From: Lachnospiraceae bacterium
GTDB lineage: Bacteria; Bacillota; Clostridia; Lachnospirales; Lachnospiraceae
Assembly: GCA_045586245.1 (NCBI GenBank)
Contig: JAZMZZ010000023.1
Coordinates: 1 to 57,662, forward strand
Direction: 5' to 3'
Length of the DNA stretch: 57,662 nucleotides
Part shown: one piece after another, positions 9,345 to 18,705 of the stretch
Numbering within the stretch: position 1 is the first letter of the stretch
How the letters are laid out: every line of letters begins with the position of its first letter
Translations under genes and position numbers: made by a program
The notes under the pieces: model-generated
What the model was told of the DNA's origin: nothing
The model's input: the letters and a program-made list of their open reading frames with translations, nothing else
Database searches by the model: none

Positions 9345-10457
9345 TTAATGTTTTTTATTCTGTAAACCTATGTTTATTACAATACCGATTGCCCCAAACA
9401 AACTGACAAGCGAAGTCAATCCGTAACTGACAAACGGTAATGGAATACCTGTATTCGGAGCAAGTCCGGTGGCAACGGCAATATTTAAAAAAGCCTGTAA
9501 ACCAATCAGACCGGCTACTCCTGAAGCAATCAAACTGCCTGCTTCATCTTTTGAATTACGTCCGATTAATAGGCACTCCCACACAATAAGAAGTATCAGG
9601 ATAACCACCGCTGCACTTCCGATAAACCCAAGTTCTTCACCGACAATGGCAAATATAAAGTCTGTCTGCGGCTCCGAAATAAAATTACCGTTCTTAACCG
9701 AAGCAATAACATTATTATCAAGCCCTTTACCAAACAACTGCCCGGAACCGATTGCCGTAATGGAATTCAACTGCTGGTATGCTGCAGAATCGGCATATTT
9801 CTCCGGTTCCAGCCATGCAAGGATTCTTGTAACCTGATAGCCGTGAAGAAATGTATCTTCTGCATCCGGCCGCAGAATCACTGCAAAAAATGCGACTATG
9901 GCAGGTATCAGTATTGCAAGCAGGGTAAATACAATTTTGTAACTCAAACCGCCCACAAATACCATGACACAGAATGTTACCACAATCATAATACTTGTCG
10001 ATAAATCGGGCTCTTTGTATACCAGATACAACGGTATCGCAAGCAATAAAATAAGGGCAAAAAGTATCCTTACGGAATTGATTTTTTCCTTATATTTCAT
10101 AATAAACTGTGCAAAGAATAAAATCAATAAAATTTTGGCAAGTTCCGATGGCTGAAACTGGAAGCCGATATTAATCCAACGTTTCGAACCGTTAACCTCT
10201 ACACCAAGCGGCGACAAAACAAGTCCGAGCAATACAATATTAGCAATATAAAAAATCCAGTAAAAATACCGGTATATCGTATAATCCACCAGTGAAAGAA
10301 ACAGCATAAGTACAACACCGAGTACAATACCAAACATCTGTCTTTGCTTTAGTGATTCCTGCGCACTTCCTACCGCAAAAAAACCAATAATTCCAAGTGC
10401 AATTACAAAAATAACCAGTCTGAAGTTGTAATTTCGAAACTTGTATTGTCTAAACAT
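9345..10457 (-). CDS. rodA: SEDS-family peptidoglycan glycosyltransferase (RodA; FtsW/RodA/SpoVE family)
   Basis: 370 aa, about 10 TM segments. Motifs EPQTDFIFA and PNTGIPLPFVSYG. Its position after PBP2-minCDE argues for RodA. Confidence 0.85.
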   Translation of the reverse strand: MFRQYKFRNYNFRLVIFVIALGIIGFFAVGSAQESLKQRQMFGIVLGVVLMLFLSLVDYTIYRYFYWIFYIANIVLLGLVLSPLGVEVNGSKRWINIGFQFQPSELAKILLILFFAQFIMKYKEKINSVRILFALILLLAIPLYLVYKEPDLSTSIMIVVTFCVMVFVGGLSYKIVFTLLAILIPAIVAFFAVILRPDAEDTFLHGYQVTRILAWLEPEKYADSAAYQQLNSITAIGSGQLFGKGLDNNVIASVKNGNFISEPQTDFIFAIVGEELGFIGSAAVVILILLIVWECLLIGRNSKDEAGSLIASGVAGLIGLQAFLNIAVATGLAPNTGIPLPFVSYGLTSLVSLFGAIGIVINIGLQNKKH

Positions 10458-10463
10458 AAATCC

Positions 10464-10724
10464 TTATCCGTTCTTCATATCCAGTATCGGAATATTGGCA
10501 TACAGGGAGGGCTTAACCAATTTGCCCTTTACCGTAGTATTATTAATCTCAATTTCCATACTGTCGGTATCTATTTTCATGTATTTGGAAATTACTTTTG
10601 CAATATCCTGCTTGATAAGTTCAAGCATCTGCGGCGAACAGCTGACACGATCTGAAATAAGCAAAATCTTCAATCGGTCCTTAGCCGTCTGTCCGGATGA
10701 TTTTTTAGTGAAAAATCTTAACAT
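10464..10724 (-). CDS. minE: cell division topological specificity factor MinE
   Basis: 86 aa. N-terminus MLRFFTKKSSGQTAKDRLKILLISDR is typical of MinE. GGGAGGGG SD. The ATG overlaps the minD stop (ATGTTAA). Confidence 0.9.
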   Translation of the reverse strand: MLRFFTKKSSGQTAKDRLKILLISDRVSCSPQMLELIKQDIAKVISKYMKIDTDSMEIEINNTTVKGKLVKPSLYANIPILDMKNG

Positions 10725-11524
10725 GTTGACCCCTCCCTGCTCTTATGAATCATTCCGCTTAATTTTGATAAGATGGATGCGGGTCTTGCGTTTTCCATTG
10801 GAATCTGTTTGCCCATAACGCGGTAACAGATATTCCGATAGGCCCGTCCGGCAAGGGTTTGTGAACCGACAAGCGGTTCGCCTCTGTTCGTTGAAATCAC
10901 TACATTTTCATCATCGGGAACAACTCCGATAAGCGGTATGGATAAAATATCCACAACATCTTCTGCCGTCATCATATCCCCTCTTTTTACAAGGTCATAA
11001 CGGATACGATTGATTACCAAATCGATTCTGGTAAATTCATTGGCTTCCAAAAGCCCAACTATACGGTCAGCATCACGTATGGCTGACACTTCGGGAGTTG
11101 TTACCACCAAAGCCCGGTTGGCTCCGGCAATGGCATTTTTAAATCCCTGCTCAATTCCTGCAGGTGAATCCAGCAGTATGTAATCAAATTCATCTGAAAT
11201 CTGTGCTATCAGACGCCTCATCTGATTCTCATTCACTGCTGTCTTGTCCTTTGTCTGTGCACATGGGAGCAAATACAGATTCGGATACCGTTTATCCCTG
11301 ATAAGAGCCTGCTTGATGCGGCAATTACCTTCAATCACATCAACCAGATTATAAACGATGCGGTTCTCCAGTCCCATGACTACATCCAGATTGCGCAAAC
11401 CGATATCGGTATCAATTAATAACACCTTGGCTCCTGCCTGCGCCAGACCACTTCCTACGTTTGCGGTTGTGGTGGTCTTACCCACACCGCCTTTTCCACT
11501 TGTAACGACAATTACTTCACACAT
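10718..11524 (-). CDS. minD: septum site-determining ATPase MinD
   Basis: Deviant Walker A SGKGGVGKTT; ParA/MinD fold throughout. The ATG at 11524 has AAGGAG 6 nt upstream. The ORF-track start at 11542 is a TTG that lies inside that SD region. Confidence 0.95.
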   Translation of the reverse strand: MCEVIVVTSGKGGVGKTTTTANVGSGLAQAGAKVLLIDTDIGLRNLDVVMGLENRIVYNLVDVIEGNCRIKQALIRDKRYPNLYLLPCAQTKDKTAVNENQMRRLIAQISDEFDYILLDSPAGIEQGFKNAIAGANRALVVTTPEVSAIRDADRIVGLLEANEFTRIDLVINRIRYDLVKRGDMMTAEDVVDILSIPLIGVVPDDENVVISTNRGEPLVGSQTLAGRAYRNICYRVMGKQIPMENARPASILSKLSGMIHKSREGSTC

Positions 11525-11567
11525 CACATTCTCCTTGTTCAATAATTTTCGTTATCCGGAAAAACCA

Positions 11568-12245
11568 TTATAAAGAATAATTAACCGGCAATTCTTTTGT
11601 AATGTTCTCTACCTGTATCTCATTATCCTTCACGTATGCTATCTGTGGTACAAATTTATTTTTATTGGCAAATAATCCGTTTTTTTCTTTTGCGGCATTG
11701 TAACGCACATCACCGATTTTACATTTTTGCGGCTCAAATTTAAGTGCAATTACAAAATGGGAATCCTCTCCGCCTGCTCCGGCATACGCCTCGCCAAACA
11801 GACTGCCAATAATTACAATGTCCTTGGATGCAACAACCGCCGCATCTTTTTCTACGTTACCGATTATTACAACACTTCCCTCGGTTTCCAAGGTTTGTCC
11901 CGCTTTTAAGGAACCTTTATGAAAACGTCCGTTATATTCTTCTTTCTCCGTTTCCACACGTTTCAGTGCTTTGATTATTCCTCTGTTTGATTCTTCGTTT
12001 TTGCCTATCAGACAAATAATCTGTACATCGGAATTATCCGTAATCGTTTCAATCATTGCTTTTTCTTCTTCGGATGACAATTCCCTGCCTTCTAAGGAAA
12101 GTGCAACTTTTATATCCTTAAAAAAGGCTCTCGCATTCTGGAATTTGTCGGCTGTTTCCGCAAGAATATCTTCAAAAGGAGCATCCGCATCCATATAAAT
12201 CGATATGCCGTTTTGGAAACTTTTCATTACGATTAAATTCTTCAT
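11568..12245 (-). CDS. minC: septum site-determining protein MinC
   Basis: About 225 aa. C-terminal beta-helix repeats (VVIIGNVEKDAAVVASKDIVIIGSLFGEAYAG). Sits directly upstream of minD. The ATG at 12245 has AAAGGA 8 nt upstream; the 12254 ATG abuts the SD. Confidence 0.85.
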   Translation of the reverse strand: MKNLIVMKSFQNGISIYMDADAPFEDILAETADKFQNARAFFKDIKVALSLEGRELSSEEEKAMIETITDNSDVQIICLIGKNEESNRGIIKALKRVETEKEEYNGRFHKGSLKAGQTLETEGSVVIIGNVEKDAAVVASKDIVIIGSLFGEAYAGAGGEDSHFVIALKFEPQKCKIGDVRYNAAKEKNGLFANKNKFVPQIAYVKDNEIQVENITKELPVNYSL

Positions 12246-12285
12246 AATAATCATCCTTTATGTGAAAACAATGTTTATTTATGGC

Positions 12286-15195
12286 TTAATCCGCCGTGGT
12301 AACTTCCGCATCCGGAATTGCTGCCGTACCGGTAAGAATATCATCTTCATCTGCCAATTCAAAATAATATTTATAAATATCTCTTGTTAGATTGGCTGCA
12401 TATTCTGATGTATAACCAAAAGCAATTCGGGTTGATACGGTAATCTCCGGATTCTCATATGGTGCATAGCTGACAAACAACGCATGGTTGGCACGGCTTC
12501 TGCTTTCTTCGGCAGTACCCGTTTTGCCGGCAACCACAACGCCCAAATCACTGTAATAGGATTTCTTTTCCACTACTCGCTTCATACCGGAATGAATGGC
12601 ATTCCAATAATTTGTCGGCAATTCCACTATATTACGGATGGAAGGCGAATAATCCACAATAAGGTTACCATTGGAATCCGTTACTTTATCAAGTAAGGAT
12701 AAATTATAACAGGTACCGTTATTGGCAACGGTAGTCACATATCTTGCAAGTCCCACGGTTGTATAGTTGTTGGTACCCTGTCCGATAGCCGATAAAACCG
12801 GATATTCATCCGATACCTCGGGCACGGATTCTTCTATCTCAATACCGGACTTTTCAGATAAGCCGAACATATCGGCATATTTATACAGTGTATCCAGACC
12901 AAGTTCGGCATCATATGAACCGTTCTCATTCTGGCTTAACTGGTAACCCACTTCATAGAAAAATGCGTTACAGGAATTCTCAATTCCTCCCGTAACATTC
13001 AACGAACCATGTGCTCCCTGCGGATAAATCCAGCAATGATATTGTTCATTGGCAAACCGGTCAAAAACACCGGTACATTTAATCTTACTATGGGTATCCA
13101 CTACATTCTCACACAAAGCCGCCGTTGAAGAAACCATCTTAAATGTAGAACCGGGCGCTGTCTTCTGCTGTGTGGCATAATTCCAAAGCGGATTGGACAA
13201 ATCGTTTCTTAACGATGCGTAATACTCAGCATCTATACTGTTTGCAAGTTTATTGTTGTCATAGCTTGGATAGGTAACAAGTGCAAGTACTTCACCTTCC
13301 ACATTGGTGATGACAACGGAAGCCGAGTATGGATCCAGTGCCAGCTGTCCGGGTGTAATATAGAGATTCTCAATCAAAAACAACATGAAATTATATGGTG
13401 AAATCTTGCCCGTGCGGAAACGCTCTTCTTCAATTTCCGTAATGGAAATGGCATTCTGTTCCAGTAACACCGTACAAATCTGCTTTGGTGTAATATCATT
13501 ATCTTCTACCATATAACGGTACATTTTCTTGGCAAATTCCGTATTATCCGTCAAAAGCCTGATAATATCCCCTGATAACTGGTTGAAAATCTCGGTGGAA
13601 TCCGAGTATTCGGAATGCAATTCGATTCTGGTAACATCAATCCAGTTTTTAGCTATACAATAGTCCAGATATTCACCGAGACTAATCGTCTCATCCACCT
13701 TCCATGCGCGGTAGGTCGCATCCTCTTTGTCAATTTTATCGGAAAGAATGATTCCTTCATCCAAAAGCATGGAAACAATATAACTTTGATAAATCTTGTA
13801 TTCGTCAGATAACTTCTTGTACGGAGTTCTCTTTTCCATAAGCTCCGTGGTAAGCTTATCAAATACTTCCGCCTGTTTTTCCTCAAAAGCCGCCAAAATG
13901 GCAAGTTCATTTTCACCGGCGTCTTTATCATCAAAATGATGGATATCAATGATATTATTGTTAAACAATGCAAAATACACATCGTCTATCGGAATCATCA
14001 ATTTACTGGTACTTAAATTTTCCGGCGGATTGTAATTCTTGACATTGATTATCTTACTTAGAAGAATACCGGCAAGCTTCTGCTCCAAAATATTGTAGGT
14101 AGCCACCTGCAAATCATGATCAATTGTCAGATACAAATCATTCCCTGCAATCGGTTCTACCAGATTCTTCGTCTCAATAACTTTACCAAGATTATTAACG
14201 TATACGGTCTCTGAACCTTTTATACCCTGTAAATAGGTCTCCATGGTCTGCTCAATACCGGCTTTACCGACCATATCCGTTAATGTGTAATCATCACGCT
14301 TTCTTGTCGTACGCTCGTTTTCCTGCGTAATCTCTGCATTATTAAGTGCAAGATATTCTTCTTCGGAAATTTTACCGGTATATCCCAGTATCTGTGAAAA
14401 ATACTCACTGTCCACATATTTGCGGATATTATCCTCCGCTATGGTAACACCTAAAAAATTGGTGCTGTTTTCCATAATACTGGCTACCGTCTTTTCATTT
14501 ACATCCGTTGCAATAACCGTCGGAATATACTTCTGGTAAGAATTAAGACCCATTGCATACCGGATTGTAACCAGTTTTAACTGTTCTTCTTTGGTATACC
14601 CTTCAAATACGGTAAACGAATCCCTCGGGTTTTCCGGATCGGATGAATATCCGATTCCGTATTTGGAATAACCGCACAAATATTCCATTACCATATCCGG
14701 TGTGGCGGTCTCCTCTTCGTACTTTAACTGGGAAATCTTACTATGCCCATATACGTCTGCAAGGAAACGTTTCAACTGGGTTCCTTCCACCGTAAAGGCA
14801 AATTCATCGTCTTCATCAAGGATAATATTAAAATCGCTTATGATTTTATCGTTATTTTTTTCAATAATTGCAATGACTTTTAATAAAGTCTCATTAATAT
14901 TTCTGTTTTTGTCCGACCCGGATTCATAAATATCTTCGATGGTAACGTTATAAGCGAGCTCATTATACGCAAGCACAACACCGTTACGATCGTAAATATT
15001 TCCTCTGGTACTGTTTATCGTTCTTTCCTTCTGAATCTTTAAAGTAAATGCTTGAAGCGTTTCTTCCCCGTTTACAATCTGCAGAAAAAACAAACGCCCA
15101 ATCAATATTGCCGATAATATTGTAATGACTAAAAGAACGACCAGAATTCTACCGTTTGTCGAATTCATGTAATTATCTTTTACCCGCTTAAACAA
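12286..15195 (-). CDS. mrdA: penicillin-binding protein 2 (class B elongation transpeptidase) with large insertions
   Basis: 969 aa. N-terminal TM anchor. Transpeptidase motifs STFK (about residue 683), SCN and KTGTAE. TTG start at 15195 with AAGGAGAA 7 nt upstream; it overlaps the mreD stop by 8 nt. Lies in mreBCD-minCDE-rodA context. Confidence 0.88.
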   Translation of the reverse strand: MFKRVKDNYMNSTNGRILVVLLVITILSAILIGRLFFLQIVNGEETLQAFTLKIQKERTINSTRGNIYDRNGVVLAYNELAYNVTIEDIYESGSDKNRNINETLLKVIAIIEKNNDKIISDFNIILDEDDEFAFTVEGTQLKRFLADVYGHSKISQLKYEEETATPDMVMEYLCGYSKYGIGYSSDPENPRDSFTVFEGYTKEEQLKLVTIRYAMGLNSYQKYIPTVIATDVNEKTVASIMENSTNFLGVTIAEDNIRKYVDSEYFSQILGYTGKISEEEYLALNNAEITQENERTTRKRDDYTLTDMVGKAGIEQTMETYLQGIKGSETVYVNNLGKVIETKNLVEPIAGNDLYLTIDHDLQVATYNILEQKLAGILLSKIINVKNYNPPENLSTSKLMIPIDDVYFALFNNNIIDIHHFDDKDAGENELAILAAFEEKQAEVFDKLTTELMEKRTPYKKLSDEYKIYQSYIVSMLLDEGIILSDKIDKEDATYRAWKVDETISLGEYLDYCIAKNWIDVTRIELHSEYSDSTEIFNQLSGDIIRLLTDNTEFAKKMYRYMVEDNDITPKQICTVLLEQNAISITEIEEERFRTGKISPYNFMLFLIENLYITPGQLALDPYSASVVITNVEGEVLALVTYPSYDNNKLANSIDAEYYASLRNDLSNPLWNYATQQKTAPGSTFKMVSSTAALCENVVDTHSKIKCTGVFDRFANEQYHCWIYPQGAHGSLNVTGGIENSCNAFFYEVGYQLSQNENGSYDAELGLDTLYKYADMFGLSEKSGIEIEESVPEVSDEYPVLSAIGQGTNNYTTVGLARYVTTVANNGTCYNLSLLDKVTDSNGNLIVDYSPSIRNIVELPTNYWNAIHSGMKRVVEKKSYYSDLGVVVAGKTGTAEESRSRANHALFVSYAPYENPEITVSTRIAFGYTSEYAANLTRDIYKYYFELADEDDILTGTAAIPDAEVTTAD

Positions 15196-15706
15196 TCGTC
15201 TGTTCTCCTTTTTTGTCCGGAAGTTCTATTCGTTTCATAACAAAATGGATTACCGGATATATAATACAAGCCATAATTGTCGTATAAACAACCTCCGGCA
15301 AAATAATATTCAAAAAATAATAGGATAACTCAAATTTCCCCCTAAAGAAGAAATAAAAGAAATAAAAAGCAAAATTGTACAGCAGGTCACTTCCCGTAAT
15401 AAACAAAAGCGGCATCTTTATATCTGCAGAAAAAATAGACTTTTTAAAGCAGCCGCAGATAAATCCGATATACATATACAAAAGGGCATTTACCCCATAT
15501 ATGGGTCTGAATGCAATATCCAGTAATAATCCACTGAAAAAACCGGCATAAATACCGGTTCTTTTTCCACCCAGAAACCCTAATGATGCCGTTGCTATAA
15601 TCAGCAGATTGGGACGGATTCCGCCGATACTGAACATAGCAAACAATGTTGATTGTAATAAATACAGGCAAAAAATAAAAACACCTGATGCAATTGCTTT
15701 TTTCAT
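15188..15706 (-). CDS. mreD: rod shape-determining protein MreD
   Basis: About 172 aa, 5 TM segments, directly after mreC. The ATG at 15706 has better SD spacing (AGGA, 7 nt) than the one at 15712. Confidence 0.8.
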   Translation of the reverse strand: MKKAIASGVFIFCLYLLQSTLFAMFSIGGIRPNLLIIATASLGFLGGKRTGIYAGFFSGLLLDIAFRPIYGVNALLYMYIGFICGCFKKSIFSADIKMPLLFITGSDLLYNFAFYFFYFFFRGKFELSYYFLNIILPEVVYTTIMACIIYPVIHFVMKRIELPDKKGEQTIV

Positions 15707-15724
15707 TCCCATATCCTGTAACTT

Positions 15725-16591
15725 TTAATCTGTTTGTTGCTTTAATTCTTTGATAACCAATACTTCGTTTAGGTGCTCAAAATCCACAACCGGCGTAAAT
15801 GCACCGGATTTGGTAAGATTATTGGAGTCCGTTGCTACCGAACTGATATAGCCGATTAATAATCCCGGCAGATACTGGTCTGAAATATTGGAAGTAACTA
15901 CTTTATCTCCAACGGTCACTTTATTCTTACTGTCCATTAACTGGCTGTATTCTATCTTTCCTTCTGCCATGGTCTTTAAATTACCGGTTACAATCAGATT
16001 GTCTCCTGTAGATAAGACCATGCCGCTTGTATTAATGCCATCGGAAATAATGGATGTAACTTTGGCATGATTCGGTCCTACTTCAACAACTCTTCCGACC
16101 AGACCGCTTCCGGCGATTACATTGCAATTCACCTGAATTCCGTCATTTTCACCTTTATCAATTACAAATGACGTATACCAGTTACCGGCATCCCTGGAAA
16201 TAATACGTGCCCCGACTTTGGAATACTCTTCGTATTCGGCATCCAGTTCAAACAATTCCCTTAATTTGGTCAGCTCATATTTATCCTGCTGGAGTCTGGT
16301 ATTTTCATTGGTCAATTCATCAATCTGACGTTTCAACTCCTCATTTTCTTCCAATACGGAAGACAACTCCTGCAGCTGTTGTGTCTTTGTAAGTGCGTAT
16401 GTACCCACACTTGTTAATCCGTTTTCAAAAGGAACCACAAAAAAACTGCTGACATAATTAAGCGGAACGGACAATATATTAGTCGTAAAGGACAACACCA
16501 TCATGGCTATACATAATACCGTCAGGATAAAGAGAACGTATTTACTTGGAAGTTTATACTTTTCCTTTTTTCTCTTTAAAACCGGACTCAT
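15725..16591 (-). CDS. mreC: rod shape-determining protein MreC
   Basis: 288 aa. TM anchor, coiled coil (LQELSSVLEENEELKRQIDELTNENTRLQQDKYEL), then beta-rich MreC domains (GLVGRVVEVG). The ATG directly abuts the mreB stop (TAAATG). Confidence 0.9.
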   Translation of the reverse strand: MSPVLKRKKEKYKLPSKYVLFILTVLCIAMMVLSFTTNILSVPLNYVSSFFVVPFENGLTSVGTYALTKTQQLQELSSVLEENEELKRQIDELTNENTRLQQDKYELTKLRELFELDAEYEEYSKVGARIISRDAGNWYTSFVIDKGENDGIQVNCNVIAGSGLVGRVVEVGPNHAKVTSIISDGINTSGMVLSTGDNLIVTGNLKTMAEGKIEYSQLMDSKNKVTVGDKVVTSNISDQYLPGLLIGYISSVATDSNNLTKSGAFTPVVDFEHLNEVLVIKELKQQTD

Positions 16592-17605
16592 TTATTTTCC
16601 ACCCATTCCTTCGATTGCATATGCAAGAGATTTATAATTATCATCTTTGATAATCTTGGAAAGACCGATAGCAACACTCTCAAGCGGTTTTTCCGCAACA
16701 TTAACCTTAAGGCCTGTTCCCTTATGAAGAAGAGATGCAAAACGGTTAACCTGGGATGCACCACCGGTTAAATAAATACCGTTACGATAAATATCCGCAC
16801 CCAGTTCAGGCGGAGTTCTTTCAAGAATTACTTTTACGGAATCAATAATGGTCGCAAAACTTTCTTCCAACGCCTTATCAACAAGCTGGGTAGGAATCTC
16901 TTTTTCAATCGGAAGACCGGTTACAATATCTCTTCCGTAAACCAATGTCGCATTGACACCGGATTCCATTTCAGAAAGATTAATCTTAATCTTCTCCGCA
17001 CTCTTCTCGCCGATAATCAGACTATACTCATGACGTACGGCATTACGGATTGCTTCATCAAACCGGAATCCGCCGACTTTAATTAATTTACTAAGAACGA
17101 TACCTCCGAGTGATAAAATGGAGATTTCGGTAGTTGCATAACCGACATTCACTACCATGACACCCTGGGAATTCTTAACATCAATTCCAAGGCCGAGGCC
17201 GTCTGCAACAGCCTTTTCCACAACCATGATTTTTTTAGCTTTTACGCCGGCATCTTTAACCAAATCATAAAAAGCTCTCTTTTCTACTTCTGTTACATCT
17301 GTCGGAACTGCAACATAATAATCAGCCGGTTTAATGCTTCCTCTTGACTGATCCATAACAAAATATTTAACCAACGTCTCCATATTCTTAATATCCGCAA
17401 TTACACCATTGCAGACCGGATAGGAAGTCTGTATGTTGGCCGGCGCTTTTTCATACATATCGAAAGCCGAATCCCCATATGCCAAAAGAGTTTTCTTATT
17501 CTCAATGGCAATCATGTTTTTTTCAATGAAAAAAATATCCTCATTTTTGTTGTAAATTTTGATGTTGCTGGTACCGAGGTCCATTCCAAAAGTATTGTTT
17601 GACAC
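16592..17605 (-). CDS. mreB: rod shape-determining actin homologue MreB
   Basis: 337 aa. Actin-fold phosphate loops GMDLGTSN and LTGGASQ. GTG start with AAAGGAG 7 nt upstream. Confidence 0.95.
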   Translation of the reverse strand: MSNNTFGMDLGTSNIKIYNKNEDIFFIEKNMIAIENKKTLLAYGDSAFDMYEKAPANIQTSYPVCNGVIADIKNMETLVKYFVMDQSRGSIKPADYYVAVPTDVTEVEKRAFYDLVKDAGVKAKKIMVVEKAVADGLGLGIDVKNSQGVMVVNVGYATTEISILSLGGIVLSKLIKVGGFRFDEAIRNAVRHEYSLIIGEKSAEKIKINLSEMESGVNATLVYGRDIVTGLPIEKEIPTQLVDKALEESFATIIDSVKVILERTPPELGADIYRNGIYLTGGASQVNRFASLLHKGTGLKVNVAEKPLESVAIGLSKIIKDDNYKSLAYAIEGMGGK

Positions 17606-17620
17606 TTGTTAAGCTCCTTT

Positions 17621-18298
17621 CTATAGGTAACCTTTTTCTTTTAAACTTGTAAATGTATTATCACCGATTATTATATGGTCCAAAAGCGGAATATCCAGTA
17701 AACGGGACGCTTCCAAAATCTGTCCGGTAAGCACGATATCCTGCCTGCTGGGAGTCGCATCCCCGCTTGGATGATTGTGCAAAAGAAGAATATTCACTGC
17801 CTGATAGCGCAATGCCTCAATAAATATCTCCCTGACGGACAACACGGACATATTCACCGTTCCTTTTGATAAAAGAATTTCTTTTATAAAGCGGTTCTTC
17901 GTATCCGTTAAAATCAAATAAACATGCTCTGTTTCCAGATGGCGAAGCCGTTCCATATAGTATGCCGATACAGAAGCCGGGTCTGAAAATGAAACCGCCG
18001 GTTCATGATGCCGCATCTGCATTCTGGCACAAATTTCCGCCACGCACTTAAGTCTTATTGCCTTTACTTTGCCGATTCCCTTGATTTTAACCAGTTCCTC
18101 CAGCGGAAGTGAGTTCAGGGCAAGAATCCCTTCTTTGGTACCGGATTTTAAGGCAAGTACTTTGTGTGCCAGGGCAAGGGCATCTTCGCCAACCGTTCCC
18201 GTACGCAGAATAATCGCAACCAGTTCTGCATCCGTAAGTGCCTGCGCTCCCATGCTCTCAAACCGTTCGTACGGAAATTCCTGTTTGTCTTTGTTCAT
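17621..18298 (-). CDS. radC: RadC-family JAB-domain protein
   Basis: JAMM motif LLHNHPSGDATPS and HhH motif IKGIGKVKA. The ATG at 18298 has an AAGGAAG SD; the ORF-track ATG at 18328 has none. Confidence 0.9.
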   Translation of the reverse strand: MNKDKQEFPYERFESMGAQALTDAELVAIILRTGTVGEDALALAHKVLALKSGTKEGILALNSLPLEELVKIKGIGKVKAIRLKCVAEICARMQMRHHEPAVSFSDPASVSAYYMERLRHLETEHVYLILTDTKNRFIKEILLSKGTVNMSVLSVREIFIEALRYQAVNILLLHNHPSGDATPSRQDIVLTGQILEASRLLDIPLLDHIIIGDNTFTSLKEKGYL

Positions 18299-18344
18299 AA
18301 TCTTCCTTACTGCTTGCTCTCCAGGCATACCGTAAAGAATCGTA

Positions 18345-18584
18345 TTATAAAGCCCTGTAAATAAATATACCGATTATCACACCAATAATACTGGAAATGG
18401 TAATCTTAATCGTCAATCCAAAAGTAATAATCAAAATCCCCAAATCCAATGTGACCGGATTGGTAAGTCCGAATGTCTGTCCGTAATTCAACCAGCTGCT
18501 GTTAAACAGGCTTCCGATAAACCCGCCAAGTACAATTCCGGCAAGAATCAGAATCAGACATGTCCAATTGTTCTTTTTCTTCAT
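18345..18584 (-). CDS. DUF4321-like small membrane protein
   Basis: 79 aa with two TM segments. AGAGGAAA SD. Small membrane proteins of this pattern commonly sit next to radC-mreB in Clostridia, as far as I recall. Confidence 0.65.
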   Translation of the reverse strand: MKKKNNWTCLILILAGIVLGGFIGSLFNSSWLNYGQTFGLTNPVTLDLGILIITFGLTIKITISSIIGVIIGIFIYRAL

Positions 18585-18705
18585 AGTTTCCTCTTTTCCC
18601 GTAAAAAAATCCTATAGGAATCTTATCATATTTCAGGTTTTATGTACACCGATTCCAATTATTTTTTTTCGTGGTATGCAGACCGTATTCGACAAAGAAA
18701 TCCCA

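Noticed and set aside
18585-18705. 121-nt gap between ynbB and the DUF4321 gene as a possible sRNA or riboswitch
   Set aside because: It contains only a 10-bp palindrome (TCCTATAGGA) and an A8/T8 run. There is no convincing stem-loop plus U-tract and no conserved riboswitch-like helices. It is most simply a promoter region.
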